A stretch of DNA of 64,000 nucleotides from Prochlorococcus marinus CUG1433 (GTDB taxonomy: Bacteria > Cyanobacteriota > Cyanobacteriia > PCC-6307 > Cyanobiaceae). This document shows, piece after piece, positions 43,867 through 51,382 of this stretch. Location: assembly GCA_017644425.1 (NCBI GenBank), contig JAEPLN010000002.1:41268-105267 (forward strand), read 5' to 3'. How positions within the stretch are numbered: position 1 is the first letter of the stretch; the number at the start of each line of letters is the position of its first letter. A program made the translations under genes and the position numbers. The notes beneath the pieces are model-generated. The model searched no databases. It was given only the letters and a program-made list of their open reading frames with translations, and had not been told where the DNA came from.

Positions 43867-44925
43867 TCAAAAAGAATTAGTACGAACTTTAAATTTCCAA
43901 ACATTTACTACACCTTTTGCGTTAACTGCAGCTAGTGCACAATCATCAGGTCTCCACGAAAGTGCACCCACTAAATCGCCTGCGAATGCAGCCCCAACTG
44001 GGTCACCATTACCGTCTTTTTTTAGAAAACTTGCGACAACAGAACCATCTCTAGATCCGGAAGCTACAAGCATGCCTTTATTTGAAAAGGCTAGGCTAGA
44101 AATAGGTTCGGTATGGTGCCATAGCTCTCCCGGCATAGTCCCCTCGGGACCGTCACCTATAAAGCTCCACACTGTAATTCTTTCACTGCCACTAGTTGCC
44201 AGTAATTTTCCACTATCGTCAAAAGAAAGGTGACTGGGTTTTCCTGGGTATCCTGTCATTTCAGCATCCATTCCGGTTGATCTTCTCCAAAAATGAACTG
44301 AATTGTCTTGACTCCCGCAAGCGACTATATCACCATCAGGACTTAATTCCATTGAGACTAATGATCCTTGCCACTCGAGCTTTTGATTCGTTTTATTATT
44401 TACTATGTCAAAGAATGTTACTCTCCCGTAGCAGGCTGTAGCTAGCTCATTATTATTTGACCATTTTATTGCACTCACTGTGCTTGGATGATCATCTGAT
44501 ACCCATTTTTCTTCCCCAATTTCATTAAAAACATATACTTTTTTTGAAGAAGCTGCTGCAAGAAATAAGCCATCATTTGACCACTTAAGATGCTCTACCC
44601 AAGCCTTGCCAAGATCGAGAGTTTTAATTACTTTACCTTCGTGACAATTATATATTTGAATATTTCCATCTTGACCGGAAGTTGCAAAAATCTCTCCTTC
44701 TGGATGAATGGACATTGCTAATAGACCAGCAGAGTGTGTATTTTCTTTTTTCCAAATAATTTTCCCAGTATCTCCTTCAAAGGCAAAAATACCTCCTGCT
44801 ACATCCCCAACAATGAATAACTTTCCTTTATTAGCCCAACCACAAACTATGGCATAATCATTAACTTCAGCTGTCCATCCCTCGTGGAACATGCCTCTTG
44901 GGCTAAATGATTCTATATCAGGCAT
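43867..44925 (-). CDS. WD40 beta-propeller protein
   Basis: 352 aa with about 7 WD-like blades (e.g. SGQDGNIQIYN, GSQDNSVHFW, GSRDGSVVAS). The start overlaps the upstream COG0523 stop by 13 nt. Confidence 0.85.
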   Translation of the reverse strand: MPDIESFSPRGMFHEGWTAEVNDYAIVCGWANKGKLFIVGDVAGGIFAFEGDTGKIIWKKENTHSAGLLAMSIHPEGEIFATSGQDGNIQIYNCHEGKVIKTLDLGKAWVEHLKWSNDGLFLAAASSKKVYVFNEIGEEKWVSDDHPSTVSAIKWSNNNELATACYGRVTFFDIVNNKTNQKLEWQGSLVSMELSPDGDIVACGSQDNSVHFWRRSTGMDAEMTGYPGKPSHLSFDDSGKLLATSGSERITVWSFIGDGPEGTMPGELWHHTEPISSLAFSNKGMLVASGSRDGSVVASFLKKDGNGDPVGAAFAGDLVGALSWRPDDCALAAVNAKGVVNVWKFKVRTNSF

Positions 44926-46268
44926 TTTTCAAAACCTTCTTTCATCTCTTTCTCGTCCAAATTTCTACCTATAAAAACAAGTTGGTTTCTACGAGGTTCG
45001 TTACCCCATTCCTTATCAGGTTGCGCTGTAAATAACATATGTACCCCTTGGAAAACTATTCTCTGTGGGTTGCCTGAGTAGCTAATGAAGCCTTTAGTTC
45101 TAAATATATCCACCCCTTTTTCAGAAAGAAGTCTGCCCAACCAAGTATTAAGTTTTTCCGGATCAACATCTCCAAATCGTTCAATTGCAATGGACGTTAC
45201 TTCATCATCATGCTCGTGCTCGGCTTGCCAGAATCTTTCAATATTAAATGGGATCTCTTTTGAATTATTGTCTTCACTTTTAATGATTTTCATATTGAAT
45301 TCTTCAGCAGTGTGCTGTGTATATAAACCTATCTTTGATCCCTTTTCGATATCTAATATGAATGATTTATTTCCTTTATCCTCCAATTTAAGGTTTATAT
45401 GTTCTCCAAATGGAATGATATTACCAGGTTCTAAGCTTTTAGCTTTTTCTGCATAAAGTCTTACGCAGGATTCAGCACCATCTTTAAGTTCTTCTTCACT
45501 CTCACTTTGATTAGCGAAAGCTACTAATGACATTTCTGGATCGGGACCTTCTTCTAGCATTAATTCATATTTACCTGCAGCAAGGTCGTAAACACCTGTC
45601 CATTCAAAAGGATATTCTGGTTCAAGAAATGTTGGTCTGCGTTTAAGGATTTGATCTAGATCAAATGCACTTAGATTTAGGACTGTTTCGATTGGTACTT
45701 GGGCATTCTCGGCTCTAATGATTCGAGTCATTCGGTTCATATCTCTCAATCTAGATTCAAGAGTATCTAGTGCATCATCAGAGACTAAATCAGTTTTATT
45801 AAGGACAAGAACATCTGCAAACGCAACTTGTTCTGAACTTTCATCACTTCTTCCTAGCTGCTGATCAATATGAGCAGCATCAACTAAAGTTACAATTCCA
45901 TCAAGAGTAAATTCAGAACTAATTTCTTCATCCATGAAAAATGTCTGCGCGACTGGCCCAGGATCTGCTAATCCGGTCGTTTCTACTAAAACATAGTCAA
46001 ACTTATCTCTTCTTTTCATAAGGTTGCCAAGGACTCTTATCAAATCACCGCGAACAGTACAACAAATGCACCCGTTTGACATCTCAAAAACTTCTTCATC
46101 GGCATTAATTACGAGCCCTTGATCTATCCCTACTTCACCGTATTCATTCTCAATTACGGCTATTCTTTTCCCGTGCTCTTCACTTAGTATTCTATTAAGT
46201 AAAGTAGTTTTCCCTGAACCTAGAAATCCAGTGAGAATAGTAACTGGAACTTTATCTTTGATGCTCAT
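44913..46268 (-). CDS. COG0523 (CobW/G3E) metallochaperone GTPase with an inserted domain
   Basis: 451 aa. P-loop GFLGSGKTT, metal motif GCICC, NKTD, His/acidic linker AEHEHDDE, CobW_C-like C-terminus. A ~125-aa insert lies at aa ~220-348. Confidence 0.9.
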   Translation of the reverse strand: MSIKDKVPVTILTGFLGSGKTTLLNRILSEEHGKRIAVIENEYGEVGIDQGLVINADEEVFEMSNGCICCTVRGDLIRVLGNLMKRRDKFDYVLVETTGLADPGPVAQTFFMDEEISSEFTLDGIVTLVDAAHIDQQLGRSDESSEQVAFADVLVLNKTDLVSDDALDTLESRLRDMNRMTRIIRAENAQVPIETVLNLSAFDLDQILKRRPTFLEPEYPFEWTGVYDLAAGKYELMLEEGPDPEMSLVAFANQSESEEELKDGAESCVRLYAEKAKSLEPGNIIPFGEHINLKLEDKGNKSFILDIEKGSKIGLYTQHTAEEFNMKIIKSEDNNSKEIPFNIERFWQAEHEHDDEVTSIAIERFGDVDPEKLNTWLGRLLSEKGVDIFRTKGFISYSGNPQRIVFQGVHMLFTAQPDKEWGNEPRRNQLVFIGRNLDEKEMKEGFEKCLI

Positions 46269-46318
46269 TTAATGATTTTTACCAAATAAACAATAGTTTA
46301 ATAATAGTAATAATAAGA

Positions 46319-46337
46319 AATGAAAACCGTTTTTATT
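46319..46337. promoter_or_regulatory. candidate Zur/Fur-family operator upstream of the COG0523-WD40 genes
   Basis: AATGAAAACCGTTTTTATT is an imperfect palindrome with 15/19 identity to the box at 47909-47927. It lies in the 76-nt spacer between the znuA stop and the COG0523 start. Confidence 0.4.
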
Positions 46338-46344
46338 AGAAAAA

Positions 46345-47886
46345 TTAATCTGAAAGTTTGTACCATTCAGACTCAAGATTGGATCCAGATTCTTTATCAC
46401 AGCTTCCACCTAATGAATCAACAATTGTGCAAGTGTTGTGAACGGCTACTGAAACCGTATTACCATCCATCATCAATCCATCAACGAATATTTGATTAGA
46501 AGCTAAAGGAACTGAACTTTGTCTACTTAAGTTCCTTAATAACTTAGATGCTGGAATTTGTTCAGGAAATATCGCCTGAACTTTCTCTTCATCTAACATT
46601 TTTAAAGTAGAACTTATGTTGTCTGGCCTTAAGCTTGAGGAGTCTCCAAGAAAGTCAAGTAAACTAATGGTTTCAAAACCAAATGCATCCCCGTAGTATT
46701 CCATTGCTTTGTGTTTAGAGACAATTACTCTGTTTTCCTCAGGAATAGTGCTTACTTGTTCGACGATCCAACTATCTAAGCCTTCTAAGAGAGAATCAGT
46801 TTTTTCGAATCTTTCATTAATTAGTTTTCTGTCACCTCTATTAAAAACTGAAATATCTTTCTTTAAACTTTTGCTTATAAGATCTCCCATTTTTATGATG
46901 TTATGTGGATCATGCCATACATGTGGATCTAGACCTCCATGGTCATGATGGTGATGCCCCTCTCCTTCGTCTGGAACTTGTGCTATTGGTTCTACATCAC
47001 TATTTGAAACGTCTTTAAAAAAGTGTTGAGTTGCTTCAAACTCAAAAGGCATGTGTTCAGTAAAAAATATATATTCACCATCTTCTTTGATATCCACGTT
47101 AAAAACAGTACTTTCTTTTCTTTGATCAAAGTTAAGAACAAAAGCTTTATTACTTGCTATCAAAGTTCCATCATTTTTTCTGCTTATTGAGTCTTTAGAT
47201 CCTAATAATTCTTTGGCTAAATCTTCAGACCTTTCTATGTCATTAGATTTGAGAATCACCATCTTCATTGCAGGATCTGCATATTCGCCATCGACTTTTT
47301 CAAATGACCATTTGTATGAACCCTTAGAAAGCTGGAATTTACCTGCCCATTCGAAAGCACCCTCAGCATGATCATCATGTCCACCATGGTCTGAATGATC
47401 ATCATGACCTCCATGATCAGAATGATCATCTACCTTAGCTGAATGTTCAGCATGATCGTCATGTCCGCCATGGTCTGAGTGGTCATCGTGACCTTCATGA
47501 TCAGAATGATCATCTACGTCTATTGCACTAACACCTACAACAATAGTATTCTTTTTACTTTCCCAATTTCTCATACTTGGAGTCATTTCTTTGCCAAGAG
47601 TGAATACTTTGTCTGCGCTATTTAGTAATTGAGCTTGTCTTGGATTGATCTTTAAGTCATGAACATCCTGTTTTCTATCTACTAAGCATGTAACTTCGTC
47701 AGATGGTAACGCAATAGATTTAACTAAATCACAAACTAGTGGTTCTACTGCTACGTATGACTTCCCTTTAGCCATTACATCCTGCCCAAAACCAGAAAAT
47801 ATAATCGTTCCAGCGATTACGGAATTTTTAATAATTGACTTACTTGAACATGTTTTATTTGATAAAAGTCTTTTAAAAGTTGACAT
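46345..47886 (-). CDS. znuA: ZnuA-type (cluster A-I) periplasmic zinc-binding protein with a greatly expanded His-rich loop
   Basis: 513 aa. Signal peptide, metal-ligand contexts QDVHDL and GLDPHVWHDP, a ZnuA-like C-terminal lobe, and a ~195-aa insertion at the loop position. Confidence 0.85.
   Translation of the reverse strand: MSTFKRLLSNKTCSSKSIIKNSVIAGTIIFSGFGQDVMAKGKSYVAVEPLVCDLVKSIALPSDEVTCLVDRKQDVHDLKINPRQAQLLNSADKVFTLGKEMTPSMRNWESKKNTIVVGVSAIDVDDHSDHEGHDDHSDHGGHDDHAEHSAKVDDHSDHGGHDDHSDHGGHDDHAEGAFEWAGKFQLSKGSYKWSFEKVDGEYADPAMKMVILKSNDIERSEDLAKELLGSKDSISRKNDGTLIASNKAFVLNFDQRKESTVFNVDIKEDGEYIFFTEHMPFEFEATQHFFKDVSNSDVEPIAQVPDEGEGHHHHDHGGLDPHVWHDPHNIIKMGDLISKSLKKDISVFNRGDRKLINERFEKTDSLLEGLDSWIVEQVSTIPEENRVIVSKHKAMEYYGDAFGFETISLLDFLGDSSSLRPDNISSTLKMLDEEKVQAIFPEQIPASKLLRNLSRQSSVPLASNQIFVDGLMMDGNTVSVAVHNTCTIVDSLGGSCDKESGSNLESEWYKLSD
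47362..47517 (-). repeat. in-frame tandem duplication (84-nt period) encoding the DH-rich stretch of ZnuA
   Basis: Units 47363-47433 and 47447-47517 differ at 6 of 71 positions. They encode VDDHSDH(E/G)GHDDHSDHGGHDDHAE twice. Confidence 0.9.
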
Positions 47887-47908
47887 AAAAAATTATTAAA
47901 TACTTAAA

Positions 47909-47927
47909 AATGATAATCATTTTCATT
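47909..47927. promoter_or_regulatory. candidate Zur box in the divergent znuA / znuC promoter region
   Basis: AATGATAATCATTTTCATT is a Fur-family-type AT-rich inverted repeat, 22 nt upstream of the znuA start and 97 nt upstream of the znuC start. An extra ATGAAAAT half-site lies at 47957-47964. Confidence 0.6.
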
Positions 47928-48023
47928 ACACCTGACAAGAAAAGGTATCAAATGTTATGAAAATAATACGCAGCTTGTATTATTGGTAAGCTTGTAAAGT
48001 GACTTTTTCATGAAGATTAATTA

Positions 48024-48794
48024 ATGGCTACTTTAGTCGCTGAAAATTTAACATTTGCATACACAGAAAAAAGTAAGCCAGCTTTAAATAAGGTATCGGT
48101 TGAGATTAAACCTGGAACTCTAACAGCGCTAGTAGGCCCAAATGGTGCCGGTAAATCCACTCTTTTGAGGATATTGCAAGGACAAAATACTCCAGATAAA
48201 GGCGAAATAAAAATTGATGGTGAAAATTTATATAGATCTAGAGCTCTAGTGGCACTTATGCCTCAAAGAAGTTCTATGAATTGGAAGTTTCCCATTACAG
48301 TTGAAAAATTGGTATCTCTTGGTCAAATAAAGTATTCAAAATCAAGAAGTAATAACCCCTTTCAAATAAAGGCTCTTCTAGAATATCCTAATTCTTGGAT
48401 TAATAAATGTTGTGAATTAGAAGCGACAATGCAAAGAGTAGGAATTGCTAATTTGGCTAATAGAAGACTTGATTCTCTTTCAGGAGGACAGCAACAAAGA
48501 GCTCTATTAGCAAAAACTCTTATGTCCCCTGCAAAAATATTTCTTCTGGATGAACCTTGTGCGGCATTGGATCCCCCCGCAAAAGAGGACTTCCTGAAAA
48601 TTGTTCGTCAACTCGCAGATGCGGGACTTTCTTTGCTAGTAAGTAGCCATGATTGGGGCGAGTCTCTAAATAACTACGATCAAGTAATCGTTCTTGATAA
48701 AAGTGTTTTAGCAGTTGGTAGTCCTGATCAAATAAAAGATAAATTAGATGCGATAAACATAAGCTCTATAAAGGAAAATAATTTCTGTGATTAG
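48024..48794 (+). CDS. znuC: zinc/manganese-type ABC transporter ATP-binding protein
   Basis: 256 aa. Walker A GPNGAGKST, signature LSGGQQQR, Walker B IFLLDEP. Confidence 0.85.
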   Translation: MATLVAENLTFAYTEKSKPALNKVSVEIKPGTLTALVGPNGAGKSTLLRILQGQNTPDKGEIKIDGENLYRSRALVALMPQRSSMNWKFPITVEKLVSLGQIKYSKSRSNNPFQIKALLEYPNSWINKCCELEATMQRVGIANLANRRLDSLSGGQQQRALLAKTLMSPAKIFLLDEPCAALDPPAKEDFLKIVRQLADAGLSLLVSSHDWGESLNNYDQVIVLDKSVLAVGSPDQIKDKLDAINISSIKENNFCD

Positions 48795-48807
48795 AAAATG
48801 TTCCTTA

Positions 48808-49242
48808 TTAATTTTGAGCTTGATAACAGTTTTGGCAAAGGCCGAAATATTCGAGTGTATGAAACAAAAGTTGAAACTTTCTTGGATTTTTTTTAGGGGC
48901 ATGAATATCTTTAACAGGACAACCTTCCATTTTCGACGTCTCTCCGCATTGAACGCAGGTCAAATGATGAATGTCTCTATCTACGGGAGTGTAAAGAACC
49001 TCTCCTGTTGGGAGATGTCTAGAACGAATTAAACCATGCTTTATAAGAACTTGAAGATTCCTGTAAACAGTGGTCAGTCCCATAGCTTTTCCGCTTTCAA
49101 TCAATTGTCTATGCAACTCTTGACCGCTCAGTTCATCCTCGCATTTATTAAGTTCTTCAAGAAGTTGCTCTTGTCTTTTGGTAATGTCAGACTTAGTTAC
49201 CATTGTTTCCAAAATCTTTTTTTGCCTCGTATTTTTGATCAT
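48808..49242 (-). CDS. zur: Fur-family metalloregulator, Zur by context
   Basis: 144 aa. Winged helix (TTVYRNLQVL), HHLTCVQCG and CQNC Cys pairs. The start may instead be Met14 (49203). Confidence 0.85.
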   Translation of the reverse strand: MIKNTRQKKILETMVTKSDITKRQEQLLEELNKCEDELSGQELHRQLIESGKAMGLTTVYRNLQVLIKHGLIRSRHLPTGEVLYTPVDRDIHHLTCVQCGETSKMEGCPVKDIHAPKKNPRKFQLLFHTLEYFGLCQNCYQAQN

Positions 49243-49259
49243 ACCGAATCTTTCGAATA

Positions 49260-50045
49260 ATGTCTTTTATTAATAACAACTGGTGGTTGGTTCCATTAAT
49301 AATAACTATATTTTCTGGGATCTTATGCCCAGCGATGGGAACTGTATTAATCACCCATAAGAGATTATTACAAGTTAATTTAATCTCTCATTGCGTGTTG
49401 CCTGGACTTGCTCTCGCATTAGCGCTTGGAATTCACCCTTCAATTGGTGGTGTTATAAGTGGTCTTTTAGGCTCGGTAATTGCGGAAAGTTTAACCAATA
49501 GAAAAAGTGAAAATTATGAAGCAGTTATGAATACTATTCTTGCTGGAATGCTTGGGTTTGGAGTCCTTATTATCCCTCTACTCGGAATAAGGATTGATTT
49601 GGAGGCAGTATTATTTGGCGATTTATTGACAGCAAATTTTGGAGATTTACTTAGAACAATAATTGCTTTTTTAGTATTTATACTTTTAATGACTTTTGGA
49701 TATGAAAAGGTTGTTTATGTGGGATTGGATCCGGAAGGTGCATCCGCGAGTGGTATAAACGTTTCTTTATTAAATCTTGCTTTGAGTTTTACAACTGCAT
49801 TAGTAATTGTTAGTTCAATGTCAGCAGTGGGAGTAATTCTTGTAATTGCTCTTCTTTCTACGCCAACTTTGTTAGGGCTAAATAAGGCTCATAGTTTAAG
49901 AATTGCAATGATGAGGTCTTCATTTTTTGGATTATGTATCTCACTTCTTGGATTCATTCTCTCTATTGTCTTTAATCTTTCGCCTGGACCTGCAATTAGC
50001 GTTATTTGTGTTGCGTCCCTTTTAATTCCTAAGCTTCGCAAATAA
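49260..50045 (+). CDS. znuB: zinc/manganese-type ABC transporter permease
   Basis: 261 aa with about 8 TM helices. ABC-3 family pattern. Confidence 0.85.
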   Translation: MSFINNNWWLVPLIITIFSGILCPAMGTVLITHKRLLQVNLISHCVLPGLALALALGIHPSIGGVISGLLGSVIAESLTNRKSENYEAVMNTILAGMLGFGVLIIPLLGIRIDLEAVLFGDLLTANFGDLLRTIIAFLVFILLMTFGYEKVVYVGLDPEGASASGINVSLLNLALSFTTALVIVSSMSAVGVILVIALLSTPTLLGLNKAHSLRIAMMRSSFFGLCISLLGFILSIVFNLSPGPAISVICVASLLIPKLRK

Positions 50046-50192
50046 TTAAATCTTAAATGTCCAATCAGAATTTAATGCTTGAGCTTCTGGATTGTTTTTT
50101 AAAGCTACTTCCATAGCTTCTTTTTTATTATTAGCTATAACAACTTCATCAAATTCCTTTCCATTTTTTTTGAGACTTACTTTGAAACGCAT
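50046..50192 (-). CDS. hypothetical 48-aa protein
   Basis: Below the ORF-track cutoff. Translation MRFKVSLKKNGKEFDEVVIANNKKEAMEVALKNNPEAQALNSDWTFKI has balanced composition and a plausible small alpha/beta fold. Confidence 0.4.
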   Translation of the reverse strand: MRFKVSLKKNGKEFDEVVIANNKKEAMEVALKNNPEAQALNSDWTFKI

Positions 50193-50275
50193 AAAAATTA
50201 TTTAATTAATTAAAAGTTAACCACTAAGCAACTAGATTTAAATACTTTTAAAAGTTAATTGATGAAATAGAAACT

Positions 50276-50533
50276 TTAGTTATTCTGAAGTTTTTCTACT
50301 ACAGATTCTTTTTCAATTTTAGCTACATCCTGTAATCCATTAGCATCAAACCAAGGAGCGTTTTCCCAATTAAATCCTTCCCCAAAAGTATTATCGGGAG
50401 CAGCTACGTACCAATGACATGATGAATCGGGAACATCTACAGCACATTTTGACCAGTCAGCTTCCCACTGAGGAACTTGTACCCACATCACAGATGCTAA
50501 TAAAAAAGAAAAAATAAAATTCATAATTATCAT
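50276..50533 (-). CDS. hypothetical secreted Trp-rich small protein
   Basis: 85 aa. Signal peptide, 2 Cys and many Trp/acidic residues. Confidence 0.5.
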   Translation of the reverse strand: MIIMNFIFSFLLASVMWVQVPQWEADWSKCAVDVPDSSCHWYVAAPDNTFGEGFNWENAPWFDANGLQDVAKIEKESVVEKLQNN

Positions 50534-50677
50534 TTAGCAAAATTTTGAAAGATTTTTTTCACATTCTTTCTTTCTTTTCTTCCAGTAATTCTCAAGTATT
50601 TGATATTTATGCTTATTTTTGAATTTACTTAAATGAATATTCTTCTGATTAAGAACTGAAGTATTTTTGATTTGCAT
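50534..50677 (-). CDS. hypothetical 47-aa basic protein
   Basis: Hand-translated as MQIKNTSVLNQKNIHLSKFKNKHKYQILENYWKKRKKECEKNLSKFC. Its stop abuts the start of the 50276..50533 ORF. Confidence 0.25.
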   Translation of the reverse strand: MQIKNTSVLNQKNIHLSKFKNKHKYQILENYWKKRKKECEKNLSKFC

Positions 50678-50755
50678 GACTTAAGACTGTCTATGTAAGA
50701 CATATTTAAGACACTTTATAGATTTTTTGAAGTGAATTTATACTTAATTTTTGTC

Positions 50756-50890
50756 TTACTTTTGTGTAGGTAAGTATTTTTCTGGATTATTTTCAATATA
50801 AGTAAGCGAATAATTGACAACACCTACTATTACTGAAAAAAGAGCAATTGCCGAAATAATAAAAATGATTTTTTTATAAATGCTTTTCAT
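50756..50890 (-). CDS. hypothetical 44-aa single-TM protein
   Basis: Hand-translated as MKSIYKKIIFIISAIALFSVIVGVVNYSLTYIENNPEKYLPTQK. Confidence 0.3.
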   Translation of the reverse strand: MKSIYKKIIFIISAIALFSVIVGVVNYSLTYIENNPEKYLPTQK

Positions 50891-50977
50891 CAATTTTTTA
50901 TGTTTTTGATTATTTTTTTCATCAACGCGCAATTTTTCTGAAAGATTTAAATAATTAGTAATTTATACTGTAGCCTT

Positions 50978-51087
50978 TTAAATTACCTTCAGAGTAGATT
51001 AAATACATCAGAAACTCCTCACACACTTTTTTCTGATAACTTTAAAAGTACTCCGACCTCGATGTTTGAGTACTTTTTATATTTTTT
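50978..51087 (+). ncRNA. candidate sRNA carrying the exact Yfr1 core motif (Yfr1-like paralogue); 5' end uncertain
   Basis: TATACT -10 candidate at 50965-50970. Hairpin ATCAGAAA/TTTCTGAT (51007-51014 with 51030-51037) presents CTCCTCACACAC in its loop; ACTCCTCACAC spans 51014-51024. Terminator AAAAGTACTC/GAGTACTTTT (51044-51077) is followed by a T-rich tail. No ORF. Confidence 0.5.
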
Positions 51088-51157
51088 GCCATGTGACAGT
51101 TAAGATAGAGGTCTATTAATCATTACATATTTTGAATTTAGGTGTGATATTAGTATT

Positions 51158-51253
51158 GTGTGTAGGAGGAATTGATTTATTTCAGTGGAAACAAGGAAAC
51201 ACTTGATATAAATCAATTTTAAAAGATCTCTCTCTGAGAGGTCTTTTTTTTTT
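51158..51253 (+). ncRNA. candidate Yfr2-family sRNA
   Basis: 5' GTGTGTAGGAGGA (51158-51170) is nearly complementary to the Yfr1 core. Long hairpin AATTGATTTAT/ATAAATCAATT (51170-51180 with 51208-51218) has its tip showing GGAAACAAGGAAACA (two GGAAACA-type motifs, which I recall as the Yfr2-family hallmark). Terminator GATCTCTC/GAGAGGTC plus T10 (51225-51253). Confidence 0.6.
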
Positions 51254-51382
51254 GGGATTATTAGAAATATATATTAAATTCTGACTATAAAAACATATAT
51301 GCTTTCTTCCAAAATAATTAGCTCGTCATTACAAATTAGTAATTTAATTCGTTAGATTACGAGTTGTTAAATTCTTCTTTTA

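Noticed and set aside
43835-44233. 132-aa plus-strand ORF (Ala/Pro/Ser-rich) from the ORF track
   Set aside because: It lies entirely antisense to the well-supported WD40 gene (43867..44925). Its composition is typical of a shadow frame, and there is no start context.
47362-47517. Direct repeats that could be mistaken for a CRISPR-like or noncoding repeat array
   Set aside because: There are only two units. They are in frame inside znuA and encode the His/Asp-rich loop, so this is a coding tandem duplication.
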